64,000 nt of DNA from Chiloscyllium plagiosum (taxonomy: Eukaryota). The translations under genes and the position numbers were made by a program. Position 1 is the stretch's first letter; each line of letters opens with the position of its first letter. The notes under the pieces are model-generated. The model did not search any database. It was not told where the DNA came from and saw only the letters and a program-made list of their open reading frames with translations. Shown piece by piece: positions 14,525 to 27,955 of the stretch. Location: positions 47,621,556 to 47,685,555 of the forward strand of contig NC_057718.1 of NCBI RefSeq assembly GCF_004010195.1. The letters run 5' to 3'.

Positions 14525-15190
14525 TGCAACACTTGCCCATTTACCTCCTCACTTCAGAGTCAATTTAGTTTATTGCATTTGCTGCTCAGAATGGGATCTT
14601 CTCTATATTAGGGAGATGAATCACAGACTGGATGACCGCTTTGCAGCAAACTCCACATGATTTGTAAAAATGAACCTGAGCTTCTAGTTGCCTGCTACTT
14701 CAAGACACCTCCAAGTTCTCATGCTAATGTTTCTGTTTCAGGCCTGCTGTCGTACTCCAAAGTTCAATGCAAGCTGGAGGAACAACACTTCATGTTTCGC
14801 CTTGGTACTTTCCAACCTTCAGCACTCAACATTAAGTTTAATAATTTCAACCATGAACATCTACCTCCATCTTCATTACCCACCCCAACAACCAACCCAT
14901 TTTCAACCATTTGGGGATTCCTGTTTACATCCATTCAACATTTATTTCTCTCGTAGCTTATTACCAGCATCCCTTTGGCTGCTTCCCTTCCCTCTGAATG
15001 GACATTGATTCAAATAGATGGAAACATTCTTTTCCCTAACCACCCCCACAGCTCTGTCATCAGCATAAATAACATCAATTCTCAGTTGCTTTTAGTTCTA
15101 ATGAAGAGTCACTGGAGTCAAAGTTCACTCTGTTTTTCTTCTCACCGATGCTGTCAGACCTGTTTAGATTCTCTAGCGTTTTGTTCATGC
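14525..15190 (+). mobile_element. Penelope-like element 3' part (GIY-YIG endonuclease and terminal repeat)
   Basis: YIRE..RLDDRFAANS, CKLEEQHFMFRLGTFQPSALNIKFNNF, followed by a decayed terminal repeat. Confidence 0.75.
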
Positions 15191-15536
15191 TTAAAATGGA
15201 GAGGTCTTGATAAAACTATATAAGGTATTAGTCAAATCAATCTTGGAATACTGTGAACAGTTTTGGGTCCCCTTATCTAATCCGTTGGAAGTATCGTCAT
15301 CATCTAATTCTCCAGCTTGATCAACCTGAGGCAAAGACATTAAATATGCAGACATTTACTGCAGGTATAGCCACTTAAGACAGTCTCAATGTCCCCAACC
15401 TCAAGTATTCCCTACGTCCGACAGATAATTTCCCTGTCATTACAGGAATGTCGAGGACATATGACATTCCTTTGTTGCGACTGCTATATCATTAAATCCA
15501 CACACCACCAAATGCATTCTCTCAACCTCTCGAGCT

Positions 15537-17745
15537 ACTGAGGAAATAAGGCAGGGCAGGTGACTGAGGTGTCATTGGAGGAGCACTTTGGGGCCAGCAA
15601 CCATAATTCTATTAGATTTAAAATAGTGATGGAAAAGGATAGACCAGATCTAAAAGTTGAAGTTCTAAATTGGAGAAAGGCCAATTTTGACGGTATTAGG
15701 CAAGAACTTTCAAAAGTTGATTGGGGACAGATGTTCACAGGTAAAGGGACGGCTGGAAAATGGAAAGCCTTCAGAAATGAGATAACGAGAATCCAGAGAC
15801 AGTATATTTCTATTAGGGTGAAAGGAAAACCGGCAGGTAGAGGGAATGCTGGATGACGAAAGAAATTGAGGGTTTGGTTAAGAAAACGGAAGCATATCTA
15901 AGGTATAGACTAGATAGATCGAGTGAATCCTTGGAAGAGTATAAAGGTAGTAGGAGTATACTTAAGAGGGAAATCAGGACAGCAAAAATGGGACATGAGA
16001 TAGCTTTGGCAAATAGAATTAAGGAGAATCCAAAGGGTTTTCACAAATATATTAAGGACAAAAGGGTAACTAGGGAGAGAATAGGGCTCCTCAAAGATCA
16101 GCAAGGCAGCCTTTGTGTGGAGCCGCAGAAAATGGGGGAGATACTAAACATGTATTTTGCATCAGTATTTACTGTGGAAAAGGGTATGGAAGATATAGAC
16201 TGTGGGGAAATGGATGGTGACACCTTGCAAAATGTCCATATTACAGAGGAGGAAGTGCTGGATGTCTTGAAACGGTTAAAGGTCTTGATCAGGTGTACCC
16301 GAGAACTCTGTGGGAAGCTAGAGAAGTAATTACTGGGCCTCTTGCTGAGATATTTGTCTCATCGATAGTCACAGGTGAGGTGCCGGAAGACTGGAGGTTG
16401 GCTAGGTGGTGCCGCTGTTTAAGAAGGGTGGTAAGGACAAGCCAGGAAACTATAGACCAGTGAGCCTGACCTCTGTGGCAGGCAAGTTGCTGGAGGGAAT
16501 CCGGAGGGACAGGATGTACATGTATTTGGAAAGGCAAGGTCTGATTAAGGATAGTCAATATGGCTTTGTGTGAGAGAAATCATGTCTCACAAACTTGATT
16601 GAGTTTTTTGAAGAAGTAACAAAGAGGATTGATGAGGGCAGAGTAGTAGATGTGATCTACATGGACTTCAGTAAGGTATTCAACAAGGTTCCCCATGGGA
16701 GACTGGTTAGCAAGGTTATATCTCATGGAATATAGACAGAGCTAGCCATTTGGATACAGAACTGGCTCGAAGGTAGAAGACGGAGGGTGGTGGTGGAGGG
16801 TTGTTATTCAGACTGGAGGCTGGTGACCAGTGGAATGCCACAAGAATCGGTGCTGGGTCCTGTACTTTTTGTCATTTACACAAATGATTTGGATGTGAGC
16901 ATAAGAGATACAGTTAGTAAGTTTGCAGATAACACTAAAATTGGAGGTGTAGTGGACAGCGAAGGTTACCTCCGATTACAACAAAATCTTAGCCAGATGG
17001 ACCAATAGGCTGAGAAGTGGCAGATGGAGTTTAATTTAGATAAATGAGAGGTGCTGCATTTTGGGAAAGCAAATCTTAGCAGGACTTATACACTTCATGG
17101 TAAGGTCCAAAGGAGTGTTGCTGAACAAAGAGACCTTGGAGTGCAGGTTCATAGCTCCTTGAAAGTGGAGTCGCAGGTAGATAGGATAGTGAAGAAGGCC
17201 ACTGTTGGAATATTGTGTGCAATTCTGGTCTTCCTATCGGAAAGATGTTGTGAAACTTGAAAGGGTTCACAAAGGATTTACAAGGATGTTGCCAGGTTTG
17301 GAGGATTTGAGCTATAGGGAGAGGCTGAACAGTCTGGGGCTGTTTTCCCTGGAGCGTCAGAGGCTGAGGGGTGACCTTATAGAGGGTTACTAAATCATGA
17401 GGGGCATGGATAGAATAAGTAGACAAAGTCATTTCCCTGGGGTCAGGGAGTCAAGAACTAGAGGACATAGGTTTAGGGTGAGAGGGGAATGATATCAAAC
17501 GGACCTAAGGGGCAACGTTTTCACACAGAGGGTGGTACGTGTATGGAATGAGCTGCCAGAGGATGTGGCGGAGGCTGGTACAATTGCAACATTTAAGAGG
17601 CATTTGGATGGGCATATGAATAGGAAGGGTTTGGAGGGATATGGGTCAGCTGCTGGCAGGTGGGACTAGGTTGGGTTGGGATATCTGGTTGGCATGGACA
17701 GGTGGGACCGAAGGGTCTGTTTCCATGCTGTACATCTCTATGACT
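15537..17745 (+). mobile_element. CR1 LINE, about 2.2 kb 5'-truncated copy
   Basis: Endonuclease end (EHFGASNHNSIRF), tether (IKENPKGFHKYIKDKR), RT (GMPQESVLGP, SKFADNTK) and 3' tail; stops and frameshifts. Confidence 0.92.
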
Positions 17746-19172
17746 CTCTCTCCATTAGTACTGCCACACACTGTTAAACTATCCTGGTCCCCAGTTCCAT
17801 TTTGGTCTTTCTCTCATTCAATGCTTTAACTAGAAACTTTTGCTCTTTTTTTCACATGTTAAGGAATGCTAGCTCCAAAAGCTCACAAGGACCAACAAAT
17901 CTCTCAATTTCACCTCCCCTTTCCTCCAACTCATCCCTCCTTCTAATCCCATTGCTTTGATGTGTGATCTCTGTACCTTCTGAGCATGCCCGCACTGATG
18001 CTAAACAATGTGCACTCAGCAAGGAACTTAGTTTAAAAAAAACTCTGAAGAGGAGTCTTTTCAGATTAAAAACACCAATGCTGTTTCATGCTTTGCAGAT
18101 GCTACCAGACCTGTTGTCCTGCTCCAGCACTTGGTTTTTACTGTCCTATGTCAGAGTCAAAATTACTTATACCACCTTGTTCTTTTAAAGTTTAGAAGTT
18201 TCTGTTTTCCTTTTCTGTGTATTAGCTACAAAAACACTTCACAATATTTGTAATTGCTTATTTCAAATACACAACTGAAAGCATCGGATGCAAAATACAT
18301 CAAATTCTTTCCCCTTTGGCACTTCAGTCCCCTCTTATCAACTAACTTCTGCATGGTTTATGATGCAAACCAGTTACTACCATTATATGGCCTCAGTGAA
18401 GAATCAAATAGGCTCAAAGACATTGTGGTTTATTACTTGAGTGCAGCACAGACTTACACATGGCACATTGGAGGTCAATAAAATAATTTATGAACTGGAT
18501 AACTTGGCTATTTATAGAATATTTCAGTTCAAGAAATTGCAGAGAATAAGGGGACACAAGTTTTAACTACAAATGAATAGAAATACACAATGTTTTCTTC
18601 TCTCAGATTGTTGTGAACTTCCAAATTACACCGTTGGCTGATGCAGGGAAGGCTGACTCTGTTTTTAGGAGGAATTTCAAATGGTTCTTACTGGAGCAAA
18701 GATTGCACCATCCACGGGATAAACATCTTTATAGATAACACTCAATCTCTGTGGGAGGGGAATTTGTTATGTTCATGTTCTGGGTTTTCTCCTTTCTTCT
18801 AGATCTCCCAGTCCTGGTCATGAATAAGTCAGTCAGTTGGACTCAATACATGTTAAAATTGGAGTCCCTCGGATTTAATGGAATGAAAGCACATATTACA
18901 GAACTATCAAAGGGCTCAATAGTTGATAACCGTTCTTAATTCACAGTTTTTGTCACCATAAAGAACTGTGGCATGTTTGGACCAGCCACAGATGCAAGTC
19001 TGGTACTACAAATGTTCTGGTAATTGACTCATAACCCAGAGGTCTGAACTAATGACATGGAGTTCTCAGTTCAAATATCACAATGCCTATTGGGAAACTT
19101 AAGCAAATCCTTAGTTTAAAAAATTGCATCATAATGTTGACTATGTACCAACCAGATTGTCATAAAAACCCA

Positions 19173-19333
19173 AAAATAGGAACAGAAATTGCTGGGAACA
19201 TGAGTTCTGAGGAAGGGTCACTCGACCAAAATCATTAATTCTGACTTCTCTCCACAGATGCTGTTAGACCTGGACCTGCTGAGCTTTTCCAGCAATTTCT
19301 GTTTCTGACTTATAGCATCAGCGATTCCTTTGG
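19173..19333 (+). mobile_element. Short Penelope-derived insertion with decayed hammerhead core
   Basis: TSD ttgtcata/caaaaccca (19157-19172, 19334-19349); internal inverted repeat aacagaaattgctgg / ccagcaatttctgtt; ctgaggaagggtcactcgaccaaaa core. Confidence 0.7.
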
Positions 19334-20054
19334 TTGTCATCAAAACCCATCTGATTCATGAAGTGCCATATTGCCAACTTTTCAAGAGCAATCAGGGTTG
19401 GGAAACAAACGCTCACTTTGTCAGCTCTTTCAGGACTGCCACCCTTATTCAGTCTGGCCTATACATTACTCCAGACTCAGAGCAATGTTCCAGAACGGTG
19501 GTAAAACCCTGTTTACAATGGTGGAATGGATGTAACTCAGATGAAGTTTCTAGTCTATTATTTTTACAACAATACCTCTAGGAATTAACAGCAGCTCAAG
19601 CCAGTCAACAAAGAGCTGAATTAACATAAATAAGAAATGTATTTTCTATTTTTATAAGTACCTTGTCCCAATTTCTCTTTCTTATCAAACATTTACCCTT
19701 CAATCAAGATCACTATATCAGTGTCTCAGCAAGTTTAATCGGAAAGGAGTTGAAACAGAGAGACACGGCTGGCCCTAGGATAAATCCTGGTCTACGCTAA
19801 GGTACATACGGTCTGATTTAAGTTCTCTAAAGAAGTGGTTCAGCCAATAAGTAGTTGAGGCAAACAAACAAGCATAGTCCCAGATGTCATCACTAGTCTG
19901 CTGGAGAAAATAGTATGCTATAATGAATTAGGAAACACTAACTCTTTTGTATCTCTGTCCACAACTGATGCCAGATCTACTAGATATTGTCAGCTTTGAT
20001 TCCAGATTTTCAGTTTCTTCGGGACCTTATTTTCACTTCAGAGTACCTGGTCAT

Positions 20055-20840
20055 TGTGATGACCACAAAAGGTGGGGTGATTTAGCTCCCTTCCTTTTCA
20101 CCCCCTCAGTCAGGGTTACAACAAATAGTTATAATTCTTTTCAGCATGCAGCTAGATCATATTTTAACTAAATGTAGGGCTATTCAAAATTAAAAAGTGC
20201 ATTGCAAAATTTAACTGAACAAAAATCAGGATTTTATTACATACTAACCCCAAGAAAAGTAAAATACACACCAAAATCAAACTCCGATACAGATATCAAG
20301 TTTAACAAGAGGGGGATGCAAAGTACAAAGGAAGATTAAAGAATACGCAGTTGGAAAGCTTTTAAACTCCTTAAGTTCAAGAGTTAAACCTGAGACCACA
20401 GCTATTTAGTTGATCTTTTGTATCAACAGCAGTAGCAAAATCTGTGGAATCCTCCAGTTCTCAATGAATGGTTGTTTCTCTAACTTGCGTTCAGAGAGGT
20501 TGAGAAGGAGAAAGAGAAAAGAAAGAAAGCCTTCTAGTTACTACTGTTAAGAATAGTTTCTTTCTTGATTCTGCTCAAAATCTGTTTTCCTGAAAAATCA
20601 TTGTGTACTCCCATGTCTAACATCATTTTGTCACACTGGATAAACTGCATGTGATTTGCATTCAAACACATGAAACTTCCAGAAAGGTGTAAATCAAAAC
20701 GCAAACAAGGATTTCCTCATATTTGAGTCTCAGTGCCTTTTGATGAAATGTTTAATCTTGGCTTAGACTCACATTGGTTTCATGAGCTCAAAGTGGTCAG
20801 GTGATCAGTACAGCTACCTTAAGTCAATGTTTTCTCCTTT
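20055..20840 (-). mobile_element. Possible LTR-like repeat
   Basis: Starts tgtgatgaccac with composition similar to the other LTRs; boundaries unclear. Confidence 0.3.
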
Positions 20841-20842
20841 TA

Positions 20843-21135
20843 AGAGTCCTAGAATCTATACCATGGAAACAGACTCTTCAGTTCAACTCCTCCACACTGA
20901 CCAGACATCCCAGTTTGACCGAGTCTCATTTGCCAGCATTTGGCCCATACCCCTCTAAACCCTTCCTATTCATTAAACCATCCAGATGCCTTTTAAGTGT
21001 TGTAATCGTACCCACCTCTGCCTCTTCCTTCTGGTCACTCATTCCATACATGCACCACTGCCTGTGTCCCTTTCAAATCTTTCCCCCTCACTTTAAACCT
21101 ATGACTCCTAGTTTTGGACTCTCCCACTCTAGAAA
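20843..21135 (-). mobile_element. CR1 3' end fragment
   Basis: Reverse complement of the CR1 3' tail (atggaaacagactcttcagttcaac...). Confidence 0.8.
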
Positions 21136-21214
21136 AAAAAGAACTTTAAAAAAACGAATAAAAATGTAAGTCCATGAGAGTTCCAGGTATTAAAATCAGG
21201 TGGAAGTTGAAAAG

Positions 21215-21402
21215 TTGATTGACCATATTTTTGCAGTTTTCTGACAAAACTGTTCCATTGCTGTTTGTGGGAGCTTGCTTTGTACATATTGATTGCTGCA
21301 ATTTCAACACCTTAACACTTCCAAAGTATTTAATTGCCTGCAATGTTCTCAATATACCCAAAGTGCAGCAACCCACATGGGCTTTACAAGTCCTTTTCTT
21401 TA
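21215..21402 (+). mobile_element. Deu-domain SINE remnant (AmnSINE/SacSINE-like)
   Basis: ccattgctgtttgtgggagcttgct...acacttccaaagtatttaattg...caagtccttttcttt matches the recalled Deu-SINE core and tail. Confidence 0.6.
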
Positions 21403-21859
21403 CTGGATTGCATGCTTATGGACAGACAGAAATTTTAAAATAATGGTTATGCCATTAAAATGAACAATGAAATACAACGACATAAGTTGGAGGGGATATT
21501 GGCTAGTTATAAGGTCTTTTGGAATGGCCTTAGCTTTTGCAAGGTGACATATAAATCCCAAATTTGTTCATTAGCTTACTTATTTAAGTGGGTTCAACTT
21601 GAAGTCTAAAGCAGTGAAAGTGTTTCCAATATATATTTACTTATACTTAAAAGTTAAAATCATGTTAGAATAATTATTAATCACTTTCTCAGTTCCAGAA
21701 TGACAAAAATCCATGGGGTGTGGGATGCAACATCAGGATATCTGTCATGTAACAAATAATATGCACTCAGGTATTGCATACTGATATTATGGTAAGTTCT
21801 ACTATATTGTGTGATACTGAACCATACAGATAAGATCAGTTTAAAAAAAATGGAAAAGA

Positions 21860-22230
21860 ATACGAAAACAGAAATTGCTGGAAAATCTCAGATCTGACAG
21901 TAGCTGTGGAGAAAAAGCAGAGTTAATGTTTTGGGTCCAGTAACCCTTCTTCAGAACTGATTGTTGCTAGGAAAAGGTTGGTATACATGTTGAAGATGTA
22001 GTAAGAGAAAGAGGGTGGAGTAAACAATATGTGTAGATGGAGTCCACAGGGACAGAAAAATTGTTGGGCAGACAAAGGAATGGACAAAGATCAGTCTGGG
22101 AGAACGTACTGCCCCTAATGGGGACCGTAATTGGTTGACAATGCCTTTTCAGTGGGAGGAGCCCAAATGATGACAAGGCCTTGTGTGTGGAGTTCAGGAA
22201 GGTCCACAGGAGAAGATACTCAGGCCTTAA
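21860..22230 (-). mobile_element. Penelope-like 3' end with CpG-decayed hammerhead core
   Basis: Minus strand agtt-ctgaaga-agggttactggaccc-aaaa-catt-aact. Confidence 0.6.
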
Positions 22231-22850
22231 AATTCAAGTCTAGATAACCATAATTTTTTTCTATTCACTTTTTCTCTCTTATACTTTTTCATTTTTTTCT
22301 ATGCTATTTACCTTCTTACCTCGTTGAAATGGTCTGTCTCAGTTGCTTGTAACTTTTTCCTACTCAGGCCCCTTTACTCCTAAACTATCTTATGCCTCGT
22401 CCAAGAACGTTCAGTTTCCAAACTACAAACCAAGAACATTTTTTAAAAACTTATTGTTAAATCAAATTCTTACACACAATTTATTTTTCTGGTTCAAGCA
22501 TTTTATTTGCAACCTTTGCTGTGTTTACATGTATATCTTCATTTTAATGTTATTCCCTCCTCCTTTGTTTTACTTTTATACAATTATATAATTCAATATA
22601 ACACAGGAACAGGCTTCAGCCCACCAAGCCTGTGCCAATATCCAATCCTCATTTAGACCCACTACTGATTACTGGTTTGTTTCCTTCTGTTGCCTCACAT
22701 TCATGTGTCTATCAAGGTACGTCTTAAATATTGCTAATGTGTCTGCTTCGACCAACTTCATTGGCACTGCATTTTTGGCATCCACCACTCTCTGGGTTAA
22801 GTATTTTTTCCACACTTCTCTCATCTTGAAGCTGTGCCCTATTGTAGTTG

Positions 22851-24846
22851 GACGAGGTGAAAAATCACACGACACCAGATTATAGTCCAGCAGGTTTATT
22901 TGATGGCTTTTAAATCTTCAAATCAATTAGACTGAAGGTGTAGGTTTCGATTGATTAATATGCAAATCCCAGAATTTCTTTCAAGTCACTGTCCCGCGAT
23001 AACTTAAGATTTTATCAGTATAATGGAAGTGACATCTCAGATCAGACAATGCATTTTTGGTGCGAGGTCTTGTTCAGAATCTGTGTCTTAACCTGGAGTC
23101 AGGCTAATTTTATTTCCAAAGCAGGAGTTTATAAAATGTCACATTAGCTGACTGTCTACAAATTAGACCATAAGACATAGGAGCAGAAATTAGGCCATTC
23201 AGCCCATCGTGTCTGCTCTGCCACTCAATCATGACTGATATGTTTCTCAATCCCATTCTCCTGCTTTCTCCCCATTCTCCTGCTTTCTCCCCATAACCCT
23301 CGATACTCAAGAATCTATTTATCTCAGTCTTAAATATGCTCAATGAGCCAGCCTCCACAGCCTTCTGTGGCAATGGATGCCATAGATTCACCACTCCCTG
23401 GCTGAACAAATTTCTCTTTATTTCTGTTCTAAAAGATCTTCCCTTCACTCTAAGGCTATGCTCTCAGATCTTAGTCTCTCCTGCCAATGGAAACATCTTC
23501 CAAGCATCCACTCTATCCAGGCCATTTAGTTTTCTATAAGTTTCAATTCGATCCCCCTCATCCTTCTAACTCCATCGAGTATAAACCCAGAGTCCTCAAA
23601 GGTTTTCATTCTTGGGACCCTCCTCTGAACACTCTTGAGGGCAGTACATCCTTCCTGAGATATGGGGCCCAAAACTGCACATAATATTCCAAATGTGGTC
23701 TGACCAGAGCCTTATAGAGCCTCAGAAGTACGTCCCTGCTTTTATATTTAAGTCCTCTCAAAATAAATGCTATTTTGCCTTCCGAATGCTACTTGCCTTC
23801 CGAACGACTGACTCGACCTGCAAGTTTACATTGAGGGAATCCTGGACTAGAACTCCCAAGTCTCTTTGCACTTCAGACTTGTGAATTTTCTCCCCATTAG
23901 AAAATAGTCCATGCCTCTATTCTTCCTGCCATACTGCATAACCTTACACTTTCCCACATTGTACTCCATCTGTCACTTCTTTGTCTACTTTCCTAACCTG
24001 TCCAAATCCGTCAGGAGCCTCCCCGCTTCCTCAACTATATAAAGCTAACTTTATATTGTCTGCAATCTTGGTCAGAATGCCCTCAGTTATTTCACCTGGA
24101 GTGTTAATGTATAAAAGTGAAAAGCTGTGGTCCCAACAGTGAGCCTTGCAGAACATCACTTGTCACTGGCTGCCAACCCAAGAAGGACACTTTTATCCCC
24201 ACTCCTGGTTTTCTCCAGACAACCAAGCTTCTATCCATCCTAACATCTTGCCTCCCACAGGAGACTCCTGTGCGGCACTTTGTCAAAGGCTTCTTGAATT
24301 TCAGGTATTATGTGCTTTTTTGAACAGTATCGAATGTATCTGCAAATATAAATTCAGGGTGTATATAGGTGTGTGCAAGTGGGGGGGGGGGGGGGGGAGA
24401 GAGAGAGCGCGAGCAAGAGAAAGTCTGTGTGTGTGAGAAGGGGAGAGAAAGAATGCAAGAGAGAGCGAGAGAAAGTGTGTGTGACAGAGAAGGAGAAAGG
24501 GGGAAAGGGATAGTGTATGTGAGAGAGAAAGAGAGAGTGTGAATGAGAGACTTGAAAGAAACTCTAGGATTTACATATTAATCAATTGAAACCTGCACCT
24601 CCACTCTTAACAGATTAAAGATTTAAGAGCCATCTTCGGCGTGTTCAACTTGCTTGTGTCAGTTGTATGATGCTTTGATCTTTAATCATAAATACTTTGT
24701 ATAAGGTTCCCTCTCTCACCAACACATGGAGGAGGAGCGGGGCTCTGAAAGCTTGTGCTTTCAAATAAACCTGTTGGACTATAACCTGGTATCATGTGAA
24801 TTTTGACCTTGTCCAACCCAATCCAACAGAGGCACCTCCACATCTG
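22851..24846. mobile_element. Penelope-like element with inverted terminal repeats, itself interrupted by a CR1
   Basis: 22851-22990 is the reverse complement (with a deletion) of 24549-24815; 9-bp TSD. Confidence 0.65.
23167..24290 (-). mobile_element. CR1 LINE 3' portion
   Basis: VTSDVLQGSLLGPQLFT RT motif; RSFRTEIKRNLFSQGVVNLW C-terminus. Confidence 0.85.
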
Positions 24847-27221
24847 TTGTAGTTGACCTTTCCACCCTGGGAAAAAAACCTCTGACATTCCACCTTATCT
24901 ATGCCTCTAAAAATCTTGTAGACCTTAATCAGGTCACCCCTCAGCTTCCATCTTTCCTGTAAACAATCCAAGTTTGTCCAACCTCTCCTCATAATGAAAA
25001 TCCTTCAGGCCAGGCAACATCTTGGTAAACCTTCTCTGCAGTCTCTCCAAAGCATCCATGCCCTTCTGGTGGTGTGGCAACCAGAACTGCTCGCAATATT
25101 CCAAATAGAGCTGAACAAAAGTTGCCTAAACTAACTTGGTAACTTTTATATTTGATGCCTCGGCTGATGAAGGCAAGTGTGCTTTATGTCTTCTTGACCA
25201 TCTTATGCATCTGTGTTGCCATTTTCAGGGATCTGTGCATTGTATAGCCAGATCCCTCTCTATGTAAATGCTCCTAAGGCTTCTGCCAATTATTGTGTAA
25301 TTTGCACTGGAATTTGATCTTCCAAAATGCATCACCTCACATTGCCAAGATTAAACTCCAATTGCCATTTCTCTGCCTGAATCTACAATCTATATTCCAC
25401 TGAACCCTTTGGCAATCTTCCTCAGTACCTGCAATTCCACCAATTTTGATGTCATCCAAATTTTGCTGTCACTACTAATCGTACCACCTACATTTTCCTC
25501 CAGATCATTCATATATATCTTACAAATAACAAAAATCCTAGCAGTAATCCCAACAGAACAGCACTAGTTACTGATCTCCATTCTGAAAAGCACCCTTCCA
25601 CCACTACTGTCTTCTATGACCAAGACAGTTTTGTATCCATCTCGCCAGCTCTTCCCAGATCCCATGAGAGTCTACATTCTGTACCAGTCAGCTGCGAGGT
25701 CCCTTATCAAAAAGGTGCCTTGCTAAAGAACATCTACTGCCCTTCCCTCAATCATTCCTGTCATCTCCTCAAAAAAACTCAATCAAGTTGGTGAGACATG
25801 ACCTTCCCCGCACAAATCCTGCTGCTTTACACTAGCAAGTCCATTCATTTCTAAATGTGAATAAATCCTGTTTCTCATCTGCTCCAACAGCTTTCCTACA
25901 TCATGCTCACGGGCCTGTAATTAAATGGGTGATCTTTGTTTCCCATCTTAAACAAAAAGAACAACACTGACCATTCTCCAGTCCCCTGAAAACTCAAGAC
26001 TCCAGCTATTTCCTCCCTTGCCTCCCACAGTATCCTGGGATAGATCCCATTAGCCCTGGGGACTTGTCTTCCGTTACGTATTTCAACTCACCCAATGTTT
26101 ACTTCTACATTATGTTGCCTGCTTGAGAGCGTTCAGACACCTTCCCCTAACCTCAACATCCTCCACGCCCTTCTCTTTAGTGAATACAGATGCAAAGCAC
26201 TCATTTAGAATGTCACCCATTTCCCTGGCTGCACTCATTAGCTCCCTCCCGCCTTTATCCTTGAGTGTGCCTATTCTTTCCTTAGCTATCTTCTTGCTCT
26301 AATGTATGGATAAAATGCCTTGGAATTCTCCTTAACCCTGCTAGCCATAGACATTTCATAGCCCCTTTTAATCCTTCAAACTGTTTGAAATCCTTCCTAT
26401 TTTCTCGATGTTCTTCAAGGACTTTGTATGTTTTTAGTTGCCTGAACCTTAAATATGCTTCCTTTTTTTTGACCAAGTTAGTAATTTCCTCTGTCATTCT
26501 AGGCTCCCAAAACTTGCCATTCTCGCCCTTCATTTTCACAGGAACATGCTTATCTTGCACTCTAATCACCTGATCTTTGAAAAACTCGCACATGTCAGAT
26601 GTGGATTTATCCTCAAACAGCCACTCCCAATCCACATTCTCCAATTAATACTTAATTAGATTATAGTTGACTTTCCCCCACTTTAACACATTCATGCAAG
26701 GTCCACTCTTGTCCTTATCCATTAGTATCTGAAAACTTAGAGAATTATGGTCACTATTCCAAAAATGCTCCCCCACTGTAACTTGGATCACTTGGCCAGG
26801 CTCGTTTCCCTATTACAAGTCCAGCATGGCCCCCTCCCTCGTTGGATATCCACATACTGTTTCGAAAAAACCCCTCTTGGACACACCAAAAACATTGCTC
26901 CCCAACCAAACCCCAATACTAAGGGACTGCCAGTCATTATTTTTGGGGGGGGGGTGTTAAAGATCACCCACCACAACAACATCTTTCCACAGTCTGACCA
27001 TCTCCTTCTCATCAGCAACTTGGCTTACATAGTAACATCACTGCAGTAAAAAATCCAACATTGCTTCATAAGAACAAGAGAAAACAAAATTGGACACTCT
27101 GCCACACAATGAGATGTTAGGATAATCAAAAGCTTAATCAAAGAGGTGGATATCAAGAGGCATCTTGGAGGAGGAAGGAGCAATTGCGAGGCTGGAGAGT
27201 TTCAAGAGGGAATGCCACACC

Positions 27222-27553
27222 TTTTAGATTAGATTAGATGAGATTCCCTAGAGTGTGGAAACAGGCCCTTCGGCCCAACAAGTCCACACCGACCCTGCAA
27301 AGAGCAACCCACACAGATCCTTTTCCCCTATGTCTACCCCTGCACCTAACACTACGGGCAATTTAGCATGGCCAATTCACCTAACCTGCACATCTTTGTG
27401 ACTGTGGGAGGAAACTGGAGCACCTGGAGGAAACCCACGCAGACACTGGGAAAATGTGCAAACGCCACATAGACAGTTGCCCGAGGCGGGAATTGAACCT
27501 GGGTCCCTGACGCTGTGAGGTAGCAGTGCTCACCACTGAGCCACCATGCCGCC
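27222..27553 (-). mobile_element. HE1-type tRNA-derived V-SINE
   Basis: A/B-box head, V-domain, CR1-like tail and (TCTAA)n end. Confidence 0.88.
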
Positions 27554-27840
27554 CTTTTGCAAGGAGTGGTTGAATATTTCAGCCACAGGGCCAAATACTA
27601 GGAAAGAAATAGAGAGAAGCTGCTCTTAGAAACTCAAAAAATAAACAATCTTTAATAAAAGTACATTTTGGTACTAATATTTTATTATCGTGATAATTCT
27701 ACCACTACAATTAGCATACGGTGCATTACATACAATAATGAAATCAAGTATACTCTATTTTTCATATCACTTGATTTAAATGTGAGCATTGCAATTGGTC
27801 ATCTGTTTTACATTCTCACGACAATAACAAAGTCCAGTGT

Positions 27841-27955
27841 CCTGGAAGTGCCAATGTTGGACTGGGTTGTCACCACCTAATGAAGGAGCAGCGCTTCGAA
27901 AGCTAATGCTTACAAATAAACCTGTTGCACTATAATCTGGTATTGAGATTTTTTT
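27841..27955 (+). mobile_element. Short Penelope-derived insertion (second family) with hammerhead-like core
   Basis: 16-bp TSD taacaaag/atccagtgt (27825-27840, 27956-27971); core ctaatga-aggagcagcgcttc-gaaa-gcta. Confidence 0.7.

Larger units (their letters stand above)
22605..26990 (-). mobile_element. CR1 LINE split by a nested Penelope-like insertion (22851-24846)
   Basis: CR1 sequence is continuous across the TSD ttgtagttg (22842-22850, 24847-24855); ORF2 remnants such as VDWEWLFEDK. Confidence 0.8.

Noticed and set aside
23250..23292. 19-bp tandem duplication (also small ones at about 4441-4475 and 63105-63150)
   Set aside because: Ordinary slippage duplications with no sign of function.
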